From an uncultured Planctomycetaceae bacterium (GTDB taxonomy: Bacteria; Planctomycetota; Planctomycetia; Isosphaerales; Isosphaeraceae): a DNA stretch of 64,000 bases. Below the pieces are notes generated by a model, which was not told the origin of the DNA, made no database searches, and worked only from the letters and a program-made list of their open reading frames with translations. The position numbers and the translations under genes are program-made. Position 1 is the first letter of the stretch. Each line of letters starts with the position of its first letter. Where the stretch lies: the NCBI GenBank assembly GCA_963833985.1, contig CAWIAD010000001.1, positions 2,144,001-2,208,000 on the forward strand. Reading direction: 5' to 3'. Positions 9,881 through 22,545 of the stretch are shown here, piece after piece.

Positions 9881-10695
9881 CTTTCCTGTGAGTCCGTGAC
9901 CATGGTGAGCTGACTACGGTTCTGTTCCGCGAGTTTCTCGTCAACCCATTTCTGGAATTCTTCTTCGGTCTCGTGGACCGTCACATTCGCGCGCATCTTG
10001 TAGTGCCCCCACCCGCACAGCTCCGCACAGGCGAGCTCGAACTTGCCGGCGGTGTCCGAGTCGAACCAGACCGGAATTGTCAGTCCCGGGACCGCGTCCT
10101 GCTTGATGCGCATTTGCGGCAGGAAGAAGGAGTGGATCACGTCGGATGACTTCAGGTAAATCAGTGCCGTCCGGTTCTTGACGAAATGGAGGTCGTTGAC
10201 GGTGAACAGATCATCGCGAGTGTTCAGCTTGCCGTCGGGGCCCGGATAGCGCATCACCCACTGGAACTGACGGCCGGTGATCTCGGCCAGGGGCGGCACC
10301 TTCGGTGCGGCGCTGCGGAACTTGATGCTGGCCCAGGTCCCCATCTGGTAGAGGGCGATGAACACGAGGATGGCAGCCGGGATAATGGTCCAGATAACTT
10401 CCAGCCGCTGACTCCCATGAAAGTAGAGAGCCTGCCGGACGGGCTTGCCGTTCTCGTCCTTCCTGTCCGCATATCGATAACTCGCCCACACCAGCACGAT
10501 TTGCGTACCGATGAAGACCAAACCCGTGATGACGAGAATGATGACGAAGAGGCTGTCGATATCCCGGCCGAAGGTAGAGACGACAGGGTGGCCGGTGGGA
10601 TTGGGCAGCCACCATTCCGGGGCGAAGGGGGCGTAGAGGAACGTCCCCACGCTGAAGATGGCGGCCAGGGCGAACAGGATGCTCCAGTAACGCAC
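9877..10695 (-). CDS. ctaC: Cytochrome c oxidase subunit II (CuA)
   Basis: LEVIWTIIP, DVIHSF, KQDAVPG, CAELCGWGHYKM CuA motif. Confidence 0.95.
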   Translation of the reverse strand: MRYWSILFALAAIFSVGTFLYAPFAPEWWLPNPTGHPVVSTFGRDIDSLFVIILVITGLVFIGTQIVLVWASYRYADRKDENGKPVRQALYFHGSQRLEVIWTIIPAAILVFIALYQMGTWASIKFRSAAPKVPPLAEITGRQFQWVMRYPGPDGKLNTRDDLFTVNDLHFVKNRTALIYLKSSDVIHSFFLPQMRIKQDAVPGLTIPVWFDSDTAGKFELACAELCGWGHYKMRANVTVHETEEEFQKWVDEKLAEQNRSQLTMVTDSQER

Positions 10696-10775
10696 GGAAA
10701 TAGGCTCCCCTCATCGGCTGGATATTGACCAGACTGCAATGCGATTCGCGGCCGGGCGCCGGCTTCCCGGGCGAC

Positions 10776-12050
10776 CTACCGCGTGGCCATGACCGGCATC
10801 TCGGCAGCCCCGGGAGCGGGCGCCTGAGTGAGCAATTCCGGCTCGTAGGGCAGGGCCAGGACGAAGTTCACAAGGTCCCAGACCTGCTTCTCGTTGATCA
10901 ATCCCGGATAGTGGGACGGCATCTGGGCACCCGTGATGCCCTTGGCGATCCGCCAGTAAATATCGAGGGGCCGGCGGCCTCCCTTGTAGACCCCGCGATT
11001 CAGGTTCGCCGGTCGCAGGGGATTGCCCCAGTCGTCAAGCTTCTGGCCCCACAGGTCCTTGGTCTTCTGATCGAGCTGCGCGATCCGCTCTTCGCGCTCG
11101 CTGGGGTTGCCGCTGAAGACCACGAAGTTGAAGACGTTCTGGCTGACGAAGCTCTGGCCGTCGCCCCGGGCCAGCGTGCCGTGGCAGTCGGTGCAAACGA
11201 GCTTTGCTTCCTTGACGCGTCCCAGGAAAAGCTCACGGCCGCGCAGAATGCTCTCACGCGTTGACGGCGTGCGCGGGGTTGTGGGGTTCATCACCAGCCG
11301 CTGAGCGGTCTTCCACTTGTTGATCACGGCGTCCACGGCCTCGTGGCCGACGTCCAGCGACAGCGTGTTCACGTCGTTCTCGTCCGAGGTCGCACCGATA
11401 TCGATGAGCTCCAGTTCGGTCTCGCCGCGGATGCTCAAGAAAATGACGTAATCCACGACCTGCGCGATCTCGTCGTCCGTCAGCAAGGCCTCGAACGCCG
11501 GCATCGAGGTGCCGTGCAGACCATTCTTCACCGTGCGAAGCAGGTCGTCGCGGGCCGGCCGGGCACCGTTCGGTGTGGACGTGAACTTGAAGAGCCCCCT
11601 GCGATAATCGCGGGGAGTTGGATACAAAAATGCCGACGTGGGACCGTCCCCAGCCCCGGAAACACCATGGCAGTGCAGACAGTTGCGGCGGTAGAGGCCG
11701 TAACCTCCGGGGACCGTGGCGCCATCCTTGGTGACGTTGCGGGCCACGCTCTCGCCGACTTTCTGGTAATTGCCCAGCCGGGCACCACCGCCAGTCAGTA
11801 GAACGCCCATTCCCTCCGGCACGGTGATCCGGGTGGGATTCTCCCCGAACAGCTTCGACAGCACCGTGCGGACCTTGTCTTGTAGCTTCGGTTTTCCAGC
11901 AAGGCTGGTCTTTCCCTTGACCTCCCTGGTCAGGGCGTCGTTTTCCACGTACTTCATGGGTCCCATGAGAACGCGATCGGAACAGCCGGCGAACGCAAGA
12001 AGGAGGGAGCAAGAGCCGATACAAACCAAACGACGACACCACACGATCAC
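10776..12050 (-). CDS. Diheme c-type cytochrome, probable lipoprotein
   Basis: Two CxxCH motifs (CLHCH, CTDCH) with downstream Met ligands (TSMPAF, AQMPSH); lipobox LAFAGC; GTG start at 12050 after GGGGAGG. Confidence 0.88.
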   Translation of the reverse strand: MIVWCRRLVCIGSCSLLLAFAGCSDRVLMGPMKYVENDALTREVKGKTSLAGKPKLQDKVRTVLSKLFGENPTRITVPEGMGVLLTGGGARLGNYQKVGESVARNVTKDGATVPGGYGLYRRNCLHCHGVSGAGDGPTSAFLYPTPRDYRRGLFKFTSTPNGARPARDDLLRTVKNGLHGTSMPAFEALLTDDEIAQVVDYVIFLSIRGETELELIDIGATSDENDVNTLSLDVGHEAVDAVINKWKTAQRLVMNPTTPRTPSTRESILRGRELFLGRVKEAKLVCTDCHGTLARGDGQSFVSQNVFNFVVFSGNPSEREERIAQLDQKTKDLWGQKLDDWGNPLRPANLNRGVYKGGRRPLDIYWRIAKGITGAQMPSHYPGLINEKQVWDLVNFVLALPYEPELLTQAPAPGAAEMPVMATR

Positions 12051-12465
12051 GCGATCATCCTCCCCACGACAGGTGCAATCACAGCCCGCCAGAAGCCAGC
12101 GGTGACCCATCACCAGAGGGCCAGTATCAGAGGTCGATCTCGAAGATCCTAGATGGCAATCAAGGTGGCGGGATGCCTCGCAGCAGCGTCCAGCCGGCCC
12201 GATCTCGTTGTGGTCATCCGAGCGGAAGTCAGTGATGACCAAAGTGTGAGGGTATTTTGAGATCGGCGCATCACGCCGTCAAGGCAGCGCACGGTACCAC
12301 CAGGGATGTTATCCTAATCGCCCCTGCCGAAGGATACAAGGCACGCGAAGTTTTCATAGAATTCGCAAAAAACAAAAATTATGACGCGATCAAAATTTCG
12401 CGATACTACCTGAGGGTCGAGTCTTTCCTGCCGCTGGCCGATCGATCAGAAATGTGCGAATCACC

Positions 12466-13298
12466 ATGCCCACGATCATACTGACGGACCGGGCGCTGTC
12501 GGCGACCGCCGTACCATCCGTGCCCGGAGGCAGGGCGGCCGCAGGCGAGGCCCCGCGCCGCCGCCCCTCCTACTGGGCCAGCACCAGGCGGCCGCTGCCG
12601 TCGCTGGTCCTGGTTCTTCCACTCATGCTCGCGTACGAGCTTGGCGTACTCTGGCAGGGAGGAACGGCCTCGACCGCCATTCGCACCGGCGCCGATGCCT
12701 GGATGCGCCACGTCCTGGCGTCGCTGGGGCTTGTGGATCAGTGGCTGCCTCCGCTGGCCCTGGTCGTGATCCTGCTGGGCTGGCAGGCGGTGAGCCCGCG
12801 CGACTGGAAATTCTCACCGTCGATCTTGCCGGTGATGGTCCTGGAAAGCTGCCTGCTCGCCGTGGCACTCGTCGGCTTGAGCCGGCTCATCGACCTCGGA
12901 TTCGCCGTGCTCGAGCCCGATGCCCCGCCGGCCCTCGCCGTGGCCCTGACCCCCGGGCGCATGAGCCTGACGCCGCTGATCGGCTACCTGGTGCGGGAGT
13001 CTACGAGGAAACCCTGTTCCGACTGGTCCTGGTGCCCGTCCTGTACGGGACCCTCCGATTGCTGCAAACCCCCAGAATCCTCTCCAGCGCACTTGCCGTG
13101 ACAGGCTCCGCGCTGCTCTTCTCGCTGGCCCACCACGCAGGCATGCCCGGGGAAACATTCACCTGGTTCGCCTTCGTCTTCCGCTGGATGGCCGGCGTGT
13201 TCTTCGCCTGGGTCTTCGTCATCCGGGGCTTTGGCATCGCGGTCTGCACACACACCGCGTACGATATCCTGGTCGGCTGGATGGGATGGCACCTCTGA
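12466..13298 (+). CDS. CPBP/Abi-family intramembrane glutamic protease (apparent frameshift ~12990)
   Basis: Two overlapping frames join as GYL/GAGVYEETLFR...FSLAHH...HTAYD (EExxxR, FxxxH, H motifs). Confidence 0.82.
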
Positions 13299-13365
13299 GC
13301 CGGGGAGTGGTGCAGGGCAAGCGCATCGTAATCCGTGACGGCCAGAAGAGTAAGCTTGATCCTCC

Positions 13366-14283
13366 ATGACGTCTGATCCTCGCACGATCCGGCTGGTGCA
13401 CATTTCCGACATCCATTTCTGGCAGTACGCCTTCAACCCCTTTCTGCTCTTCAACAAACGACTGCTGGGCATGGCCTCCCTGCTGGTCCGCAGAGCACGG
13501 AAGTTCCGCCTGGAGCGGGTCCAGGAGGTCGTCGAGCGCGTGCTCTCGCTGGCTCCCGACCATATCCTCATCACCGGCGACCTGACGACCACGGCGCTGC
13601 CTGTGGAGTTCCGGGCCGCCCGCCAGGCGCTTGATCCCTGGCTGCGAGACCCGTCCAGAGCGACCGTACTGCCGGGAAATCATGATCGATACACGCACGG
13701 TGCTCTCAGGAAACGGTTGTTCGAGCAGTATTTCGGCGAGTTCGCCCCGGAGCCGGCCTACCCCTGGCTGCGCTTCCTGGCGCCCGACACGGCCATTCTC
13801 GGTCTGGACCCGACTCGACCCGCCCTGACAGCCCGGGGCAGGTTACCGCATCGGCAACTGGAGCGAAGCAAGGAGTTGATTGCGGGGCAGGGCTCGCGCA
13901 TCCGCCGCCTGATCGTCGCCTGCCATTATCCCGTCGAGGTTCCGCGGCCATACCGGCAGGACCTGGCCAGCAAGAACCTGGTCAACTCCGAGGAGCTCGG
14001 GCGCTGGCTGGCCGCGGTAGGCCCCCACCTGTATTGCTGCGGACATGTCCATGCCGCCTGGGCCTTCGTTCCCGAGAAGATCCCCGGCCAGCTCTGTCTG
14101 AACCCCGGTGCGCCGCTGCTGCACGACCGCACGGGCAAGCGTCCTCCCGGCTTCTTCGAGATCCTCATCGAAGACGGTGACGTGACTGTGCACCAGCACG
14201 CATGGCTCCCGCAGGGCTGGAGAACCCTCGCGCTTCAGCACGCCAGGGGATTCTTCCATCCCGCGACGGTGCCGGCCCGCTGA
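13366..14283 (+). CDS. Calcineurin-like metallophosphoesterase
   Basis: HISDIH, ITGDLT, PGNHD, CHYP, GHVH motifs. Confidence 0.9.
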   Translation: MTSDPRTIRLVHISDIHFWQYAFNPFLLFNKRLLGMASLLVRRARKFRLERVQEVVERVLSLAPDHILITGDLTTTALPVEFRAARQALDPWLRDPSRATVLPGNHDRYTHGALRKRLFEQYFGEFAPEPAYPWLRFLAPDTAILGLDPTRPALTARGRLPHRQLERSKELIAGQGSRIRRLIVACHYPVEVPRPYRQDLASKNLVNSEELGRWLAAVGPHLYCCGHVHAAWAFVPEKIPGQLCLNPGAPLLHDRTGKRPPGFFEILIEDGDVTVHQHAWLPQGWRTLALQHARGFFHPATVPAR

Positions 14284-14314
14284 CCGTGGCCGCGGAACCT
14301 CCCTCTCGCCCGGT

Positions 14315-16174
14315 TCATTCGAACCGGACCTCGTCAATCTGGAACGTGAACGGTCCCGCCTCGGCGCTGCCTCCAAAGAAGAGGCCCAGCAAACCGCTGC
14401 CGTCACAGCCGCTGAACTCGTCGAGGTCGAAGCGGTATTCCTTCCAGTTCTTGCCCGGCACGAAGGGCTTCATGCTGGGCTCGAACCCGTTGGCCTGGAA
14501 GAAGAGCATGACCGTCGCGGCCTTGCCGTCGCCCTTCGCCCAGAAGCGAATGGCCTTCCTGGCCGAGAGGTTCGCGGGAGCCATGCTTCGGGGCCCCGGT
14601 GAAAACAGGACGCCCGCCCAGCGCATGGGAGGATCACCCGCGACCGTTCCGCTGATTTGCAGCGAGCCCTTGCCGCCCTGCGCGCCCTCGGGCACGAGCT
14701 TGAACCGGGCCTTCGATTTGCCTCCCATCATCGCATCGGTCGAGATGCTCCACCCGCCGCCGAACCGCGCCGACGCTGTTCCATCCTCGAAATCGCTCAC
14801 CAGCCCGGATTCCGAGCCTTTGGGCGGCGCAGCCTTGCGGAGCGCGGCCAGCCCTTCCGTTGCGCGGCGTACGGCACCACGGCGCGCCTCACGATCGACG
14901 GTCTGCCCTCCTTTCCAGACCCCCGCGATGGCGCGCGTGGCCTTGATATCCGTGCAGGGGTCGCCCACGACCAGCACCAGGTCCGCCCGCATCCCCGGCG
15001 CAATTCGACCCCGATCGCCAAGGCCGAAGATCCGCGCCGGTGTGCTCGTCGCTGCCGCCAGTGCCTGGATCGGCGTCAAACCGGCAGCGACCAGGAGCTC
15101 CAGTTCCCCGTGCAGGCTCGCGCCGTGCGCTGTGCCCGGGTTGGTGGCGTCGGTCCCCGCGAGCACGGGCACACCCGCCTCGAAGAGTTTTCGGGTCGCG
15201 TCGTCGGGAATTCGGCGCGGCAGGCGCGAGAGCGCCTGCTCCGAGATGGGAAATCGTGATCTCAGGGCGTGCCGGTCCACCGGGTTCAGGTAGGGCGCCA
15301 GCTCCGGATCCGCCGCGAGCGAGGCTCCATTGCCGTCCCCCGCAATGTTCTTGAGTACGGTGAGTGTGGGAATGACAAAAGCCTTGCTGGTGACGGCAAG
15401 CTCCAGCAGACCGGCGTCGACCGGCTGATCGACGAACAGGTGGACCAGGCCGTCCGCACGCTCCTCCAGCGCCTGGCGGGCGAACTCGCGGGCCAGTACG
15501 TGGACCACGGCCAGCTTCTTGTGGGCGTGAGCCTCCGCGATCACCGCGCGGAGCGTGGCGCGATCGATGGTCGGCCACGCCAGCCCGATCTCCTTGCCGT
15601 CGTCATAGACGATCTTGATGAAATCCGAACCCTCGGCAAGCCGGTCCGCCACGAATTGCACGGCATCGCCGGGCCGGGCGATGGTGGGAATGCGCAAGCT
15701 ATACTCTGTTCCGTGACCGCCGGCGGCCGTCACCAGCGTGCCGGCGGAAACCAGGTCCGCCCTGTCAGGCGCCTTGCCCGTCTGCTGCTCGGCCCGCATC
15801 GTCGCCGCGAACTGGTGGCTCGTGAACATGTCGATCCCGGTGGTCACGCCAAAGACGACAGACTGTTTCAGATCCGCTACGGAGGTGGCGTGCACGTGGG
15901 AGTCGATCAGCCCTGGCAGCAGTGTCTTTCCGTCGCCCGCGATGACCGCCGCGCCAGCGGGCACCGTCAGATCGCTGCCGATTTGCACAATCCGGCCATC
16001 GGCGATGACGACATCGACTCGGGGGATCCGCTTCAGTCCGTCGAAGACCGAGACGTTGCGAAAGTAAACCGTCTCCGCGGAACGGCCAACGCATGGCACA
16101 AGCAGCAGCACCGCTGCCACCGCCAGCCTGCCAGGCCGGCACCATGGTTTCTCTGCCTGGTCGCAAAAGCGCAT
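14315..16174 (-). CDS. Secreted amidohydrolase with C-terminal CIA30/carbohydrate-binding-like domain
   Basis: LLPGLIDSHVH, LAGTDA, GRIAPGMRADLVLV; C-terminal SDFEDG...STDAMMGGKS...RFWAKGDG...QIDEVRF; hydrophobic signal peptide. Confidence 0.85.
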   Translation of the reverse strand: MRFCDQAEKPWCRPGRLAVAAVLLLVPCVGRSAETVYFRNVSVFDGLKRIPRVDVVIADGRIVQIGSDLTVPAGAAVIAGDGKTLLPGLIDSHVHATSVADLKQSVVFGVTTGIDMFTSHQFAATMRAEQQTGKAPDRADLVSAGTLVTAAGGHGTEYSLRIPTIARPGDAVQFVADRLAEGSDFIKIVYDDGKEIGLAWPTIDRATLRAVIAEAHAHKKLAVVHVLAREFARQALEERADGLVHLFVDQPVDAGLLELAVTSKAFVIPTLTVLKNIAGDGNGASLAADPELAPYLNPVDRHALRSRFPISEQALSRLPRRIPDDATRKLFEAGVPVLAGTDATNPGTAHGASLHGELELLVAAGLTPIQALAAATSTPARIFGLGDRGRIAPGMRADLVLVVGDPCTDIKATRAIAGVWKGGQTVDREARRGAVRRATEGLAALRKAAPPKGSESGLVSDFEDGTASARFGGGWSISTDAMMGGKSKARFKLVPEGAQGGKGSLQISGTVAGDPPMRWAGVLFSPGPRSMAPANLSARKAIRFWAKGDGKAATVMLFFQANGFEPSMKPFVPGKNWKEYRFDLDEFSGCDGSGLLGLFFGGSAEAGPFTFQIDEVRFE

Positions 16175-16315
16175 GGGTGATTTCTCCCGGTCCTCACTGG
16201 GCGAACAGAATGTCCGACCGAGAACGTTCGTGTGGAACAAGGAGATATTCAGCGGCTTGCTCATGCCTGCCGGCACGGGGCAGGGAGGTTTGACGAGAGC
16301 GGACTGGCAGAGGCA

Positions 16316-16759
16316 CTAATGTTTGCGGACGCGCAGCATGGCGCGGCTGCGGGCGATCGCCTTCTGCTTGTCAGCGAACTCATGGTCGGTGCGGGCCAGC
16401 TTTTCCTGGGCCTGCTCGAGCTCGCGCGTGGCCGCGGAAGCATCGATGGCGTCGGCGGCCAGTGCCCGGTTGGTCAGCACGGTGACCACGTTGTCGCGAA
16501 CCTGCGCGAAGCCGCCATCAACGTAGTAGCGACGGGTCTGGTCAGCAACTCGGGTGCGAAGCTCGCCATAGCCCAGGCGGCCGATCAGGGGAGCCCGGCC
16601 CGGAAGGACGCCGAGCTCGCCGTCGTAGAGGGGAAGCGACACGAAGTCCGCCCGATCATCGAGCAGCGTTTTCTCAGGGGTCACCACGACGACGTGCAGC
16701 GCTTTTTGAACCGCGCCGGCCGACCGCTGCTCCGCACTCGATTCCGTCTGGGCTGCCAT
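16316..16759 (-). CDS. atpC: ATP synthase F1 epsilon subunit
   Basis: VVTPE, GELGVLPGRAPLI, YVDGGFAQV; last gene of the atp operon. Confidence 0.95.
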   Translation of the reverse strand: MAAQTESSAEQRSAGAVQKALHVVVVTPEKTLLDDRADFVSLPLYDGELGVLPGRAPLIGRLGYGELRTRVADQTRRYYVDGGFAQVRDNVVTVLTNRALAADAIDASAATRELEQAQEKLARTDHEFADKQKAIARSRAMLRVRKH

Positions 16760-16835
16760 GGCAACTCACTCTCTTCCGTCTCGAACCAGCCGATCATCTG
16801 TCCCGGAACAGGGGCGACACCACCCGATCTCGATC

Positions 16836-18305
<1,470 letters not shown>

Positions 18306-18365
18306 TCAGGTAGGTCAGGTTGTCCGGTTTCCACAGGAAAAGCAGAGGATCGTCGGCCGGCGAGG

Positions 18366-19298
18366 TCACGAGAGGGCGGCCGCGGCTCCAACAATATCGG
18401 CCAGCTCTCGGGTGATCTGCGACTGGCGCGCACGGTTGTACTGCCGTGTCAAGGACTTGATCAGGTCGTCGGCATTCTGAGTGGCCCCGCGCATGGCCAC
18501 CATCCGCCCGATCTGCTCGCTCACGGCGGCGTCCAGGAAGCATTTGAAGAGCCGCACCTTGAAGGAGACCGGCACGATCTCCTCGAGGATCCCCCGCGCG
18601 TCGGGCAGGAACTCGTAAGGGACACGCGCCTGCTCGCCCCGGCGTTCCGGTGCTGCCGCCTCGCCGGAGGCACTCTGAACATGGCGCACCGATGGCTCGA
18701 CGGCGCCGATGTCCGCGGTGATGATGGGCAGCAGGGTCGCCGCCGTGGCCACCTGTCGAGCCGCGCTCTCGAACTTCGTGTACACCACGTCGAGACGGTC
18801 AATCTGGCCCTGAAGGTACATGGAGATGTACCGCTCCGCCAGCACTTCCACCTCATGAAACTGAGGACGGTCCTCGAACTGCGTGTAGGTTGCCTCCATG
18901 GGCACCCGGCGATACCGCATGTAGTTGATGCCGCGCTTGCCGGAGATTTCGATCCCGACCGCGGTGCCCTCGGTCTGGAGGTCCTGGTAGTTGCGGAAGG
19001 CGAGCCGAAGCACGTTGCCGTTGTAGCCGCCGGCCAGTCCGCGGTTGCTTGTCAAGACCAGCAGCAGCGCCCGCTTCACTGGGTCGCGGCGCTCGAGCAG
19101 CGGATGCGTCACGCTGCGCGAGGTTTCCCCCAGGTCGGCGACCAGCTCGGCAATCTTCCTCGTGAACGCCTCGGCCTCGGTGGCTCGGTCGAGCGCCTTG
19201 CGGAACTTGGCGGTGGCAATCAGCTCCATGGTCCGCGTGATCTTGCGGATGTTCTGGACCGCCTGCCGGCGCTTGATGATCGATCGGGCCTTGGCCAT
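18366..19298 (-). CDS. atpG: ATP synthase F1 gamma subunit
   Basis: KITRTMELIA, SNRGLAGGYN, YNRARQSQITREL. Confidence 0.98.
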   Translation of the reverse strand: MAKARSIIKRRQAVQNIRKITRTMELIATAKFRKALDRATEAEAFTRKIAELVADLGETSRSVTHPLLERRDPVKRALLLVLTSNRGLAGGYNGNVLRLAFRNYQDLQTEGTAVGIEISGKRGINYMRYRRVPMEATYTQFEDRPQFHEVEVLAERYISMYLQGQIDRLDVVYTKFESAARQVATAATLLPIITADIGAVEPSVRHVQSASGEAAAPERRGEQARVPYEFLPDARGILEEIVPVSFKVRLFKCFLDAAVSEQIGRMVAMRGATQNADDLIKSLTRQYNRARQSQITRELADIVGAAAALS

Positions 19299-19377
19299 CG
19301 CGGATTCTCGTCTGCTCGGTCGGGATTTCGGGGTGATCGGTTACCATTTGCCGGCAGGGCGCCGACTTTTTCTTACG

Positions 19378-21087
19378 TCAGGCGGAAGCTGCCGCCAGTG
19401 CGGGAGCCGCCGCCGATGCGGAGCGGTAGTGCTTGAGCTTGAATTCCTGGAGTGCGGCTTTCAGGTCGGCGGCGATCTTGTCGGTCAGCTTCTTCTGCTG
19501 ATCGAGCGCCGCGCGGAGTTCGGGCTTGAGGTCGCGGACGAAGGTCAGGAACGCCTTCTCGAAGCTGGGCACTTCCTTGATGGGGATGTCGTCGAGGAAC
19601 CCCTCGGAGCCGGCGAAGATGCTCATGACCTGGTCGATCGCCTGCATCGGCTGATATTGCGGCTGCTTGAGCAGCTCCACCATGCGGTAGCCGCGGTCGA
19701 GCTGCATCTGCGTGGCCTTGTCCAGCTCGGTGCCGAGCTGCGCGAACGCTTCCAGCTCGCGGAAGGCCGCCAGGTCCAGCCGCAGTCCGCCCGCCACCTT
19801 CTTCATGGCCGGGATCTGAGCCTTGCCACCCACCCGCGAGACGCTGATGCCCACGTCGATCGCCGGCCGCACGCCGGCGAAGAAGAGGTCCGGCTGAAGG
19901 TAGATCTGGCCGTCGGTGATCGAGATCACGTTGGTGGGAATGTAAGCCGAGACCTCGCCTTCCAGCGTCTCGATGATCGGCAAGGCCGTGAGCGAGCCAC
20001 CCGAGAGCGTGGTCTTGACCACCTTGTGGCCGCCTTGCGGAAACTCGTGTTTCAGGGCGTGGTTGGCCTCCTCGAGCCCGGGCACACCAATGTAAACCTT
20101 CTTGTTGACCCCCATCTCCTCGGTGACGCTTTCGGTCGGGGCCGATTCGGGGAGGATGACGTAGCGGTTGGCCAGCTTCGCCGAGCGCTCCAGCAGTCGC
20201 GAGTGGGCGTAGAAGATATCGCCCGGGAACGCCTCGCGACCGGGCGGCCGGCGGAGCAGGAGCGACACCTCGCGGTAGGAGACCGCCTGCTTGGAAAGGT
20301 CGTCATAGATACAAAGCGTGGGCTTGCCCTGCTCGTACATGAAAAACTCGGCCATGGCACAGCCGGCGTATGGGGCGACGTACTGCATGGGCGCCGGATC
20401 GCTGGCGCCGGCGGCGACAACGATCGTGTAGTCCATGGCTCCGTGGCGGCGGAGGATGTCGACCAGGCCGGCCGTCGTCGACTCCTTCTGGGCGATCGCC
20501 ACGTACACGCAGATGACGCCGGTGCCCTTCTGATTGAGGATCGTGTCGATGGCGATGGCCGTCTTGCCGGTCTTGCGGTCGCCGATGATCAGCTCACGCT
20601 GGCCGCGGCCGATGGGGATCATGGCGTCGATCGCCTTGATCCCCGTCTGGAGGGGCTCGTCCACCGGCTGCCGGTCGGCGATGCCCGGCGCGGCGGATTC
20701 GAGCGGACGCGTCACGCTGGTGAGGATCGGTCCCTGATCGTCGATCGGCTCGCCGAGGGGGTTCACCACCCGGCCGATCAAGGCCTCGCCCACCGGCACG
20801 CGCAAGAGCTCGCCGGTCGCGGTGACGGTGTCGCCCTCCTCGATCCGGGTGTAGTCGCCAAGCACGATCACGCCGACCGAGGACTCCTCCAGGTTCAGGG
20901 CGATTCCCTTGACCCCGTTCGGAAAGGCGACCATCTCGCCGGCCATGACGCCGGAAAGCCCGTACACTCGGGCGATGCCGTCACCCACCTCGAGCACCTG
21001 TCCCACCTCGGTGCGCGTGATCTCGGGAGTGAACTGTTCGATCTCACGCTGAATGACTGAACTGATCTCGTCGGCTCTGAATTTCAT
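19378..21087 (-). CDS. atpA: ATP synthase F1 alpha subunit (with ~50 aa insertion)
   Basis: [40 protein letters not shown]. Confidence 0.99.
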   Translation of the reverse strand: MKFRADEISSVIQREIEQFTPEITRTEVGQVLEVGDGIARVYGLSGVMAGEMVAFPNGVKGIALNLEESSVGVIVLGDYTRIEEGDTVTATGELLRVPVGEALIGRVVNPLGEPIDDQGPILTSVTRPLESAAPGIADRQPVDEPLQTGIKAIDAMIPIGRGQRELIIGDRKTGKTAIAIDTILNQKGTGVICVYVAIAQKESTTAGLVDILRRHGAMDYTIVVAAGASDPAPMQYVAPYAGCAMAEFFMYEQGKPTLCIYDDLSKQAVSYREVSLLLRRPPGREAFPGDIFYAHSRLLERSAKLANRYVILPESAPTESVTEEMGVNKKVYIGVPGLEEANHALKHEFPQGGHKVVKTTLSGGSLTALPIIETLEGEVSAYIPTNVISITDGQIYLQPDLFFAGVRPAIDVGISVSRVGGKAQIPAMKKVAGGLRLDLAAFRELEAFAQLGTELDKATQMQLDRGYRMVELLKQPQYQPMQAIDQVMSIFAGSEGFLDDIPIKEVPSFEKAFLTFVRDLKPELRAALDQQKKLTDKIAADLKAALQEFKLKHYRSASAAAPALAAASA

Positions 21088-21691
21088 GCGTCTTTCCTTC
21101 GATCAGGCGCTGGCGCAGCATTGCGAGACGATTGCGTACCGAGGCATCACAGATCTGATCGCCCACCTGGACGATCAGGCCGCCGATGAGTGCGGGGTCG
21201 GTCTGGATTTGAAGGATGGGGGTGGCGGCGATCATGGCGGCCACACGCTCACGAAGCGTTTGCTCCTGAGCAGCGTCGAGCGGCACGGCCGTGCGCACCA
21301 GGACCGGCACCCGCCTGTGCCGATGATCCCATATCTGCCGCGCGGAGCGGCAGATATGAGGCAGCAGGCCCAGCCGGCCATGCCGGTTGAGCACGCGCAG
21401 GAACCGAAGAACCACGCCGGATACCCGATCGCCGAAGACGTCGACCAGCATGCGGTCTTTTTCCGGGCTGGATACCTGCGTGGAGCCCAGGATGTCGCGG
21501 AACCGGGGATGAGCGCGCAGCACCTCGCTGTCGATCGCATCGAGGTCCGCCAGTGCGGCCTCGGCCTGGTTCTCGGCAACCGCGGCATCGACCAGGGCCT
21601 CGGCGTAATGCCGGACCACGACGGCATCATCACCGGCCGATTGCCGCGTGCTGGGAAGATCGGCCGGCGCTTCCACGGGAGCTGCTGTCAT
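21044..21691 (-). CDS. atpH: ATP synthase F1 delta subunit
   Basis: [28 protein letters not shown]. Confidence 0.95.
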   Translation of the reverse strand: MTAAPVEAPADLPSTRQSAGDDAVVVRHYAEALVDAAVAENQAEAALADLDAIDSEVLRAHPRFRDILGSTQVSSPEKDRMLVDVFGDRVSGVVLRFLRVLNRHGRLGLLPHICRSARQIWDHRHRRVPVLVRTAVPLDAAQEQTLRERVAAMIAATPILQIQTDPALIGGLIVQVGDQICDASVRNRLAMLRQRLIEGKTHEIQSRRDQFSHSA

Positions 21692-22404
21692 CGGGCCCCA
21701 CCTCCGTGACCGTTCGACCCCACGGGAGCCGCCGGCAGCTCCTGCATGGCCAGGTCCAGCAAGTGGCGGTGCTCATCCGCGGTCAACTGCTTGGAGAGCA
21801 CCCGTCCGGCCACCGAAACCGCGAGGTCGGCCGCCTGGCTCCATATTTCCGACAGTGCCTGGTCTCGTGCGGTCGCGATGTCGCGCTGCGCCCGCTCGCG
21901 GGCTGCGTCAGCCTCGGAGCGCGCGGCGCGAACGATCTCCTCTCCGCTCGCCTGGGCGTCCTTCTGAGCCTTATCGAAGATGGCCCGCACGCGCTCGTCG
22001 GCCTGGGCCATGAGGCGACGATGTTCGGCCAGAAGCTGTTCGCTCTCGTTGCGGGCCTTCTCGGTCTGCAAGAGCGTGTGCTCGAGGTGCTCCTCGCGCT
22101 GGTGCAGGGCTTCGGAGAGCGGCTTCCACGCAAACCGCTGAAGGAGGAACAGCAAGAGCAGAAAGACCGCCACCGTCCAGATGGCCAGGGTGGGCTGAAG
22201 TTCCATCGGGTTCTGCTTCACTTCAGCCTCGCCACCATGCGTGGCGGTGCTCGCCGTATGGCCCGGTTCCGCCTCAGCCTTCATCGCGCCCCCGGTCGTG
22301 GGCGCTGGCGTGGCCTGGGCGCGCGCCGGCGGTGCGGCCAGAAGCAGGAGGATATTCGCACACACGAGCCCGACACCCAGGGACATGATCGAACGCCGCA
22401 GCAT
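21688..22404 (-). CDS. atpF: ATP synthase Fo subunit b, with N-terminal signal-peptide-like extension
   Basis: AIWTVAVFLLLLFLLQRFAWKPL followed by a long coiled coil; start at ATG 22404. Confidence 0.93.
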   Translation of the reverse strand: MLRRSIMSLGVGLVCANILLLLAAPPARAQATPAPTTGGAMKAEAEPGHTASTATHGGEAEVKQNPMELQPTLAIWTVAVFLLLLFLLQRFAWKPLSEALHQREEHLEHTLLQTEKARNESEQLLAEHRRLMAQADERVRAIFDKAQKDAQASGEEIVRAARSEADAARERAQRDIATARDQALSEIWSQAADLAVSVAGRVLSKQLTADEHRHLLDLAMQELPAAPVGSNGHGGGAR

Positions 22405-22545
22405 GAGTGGTTTCTCGCCGGATCTCTCAAAAGGAACAGGGTTATCTTCGCGGAACAGTTCGGTCCGCCCGGCGCCGCCCCGGATCGCAAGTCCGCGTTC
22501 CGCGGCCCGCGCCCGGAGCCACACGGGAGCCGGACGGAGGGGCAC

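Noticed and set aside
12340..12410. FNR/CRP-like site in the AT-rich region upstream of the cox operon (ATGACGCGATCAA)
   Set aside because: Spacing and left half-site do not fit TTGAT-N4-ATCAA; too weak to call
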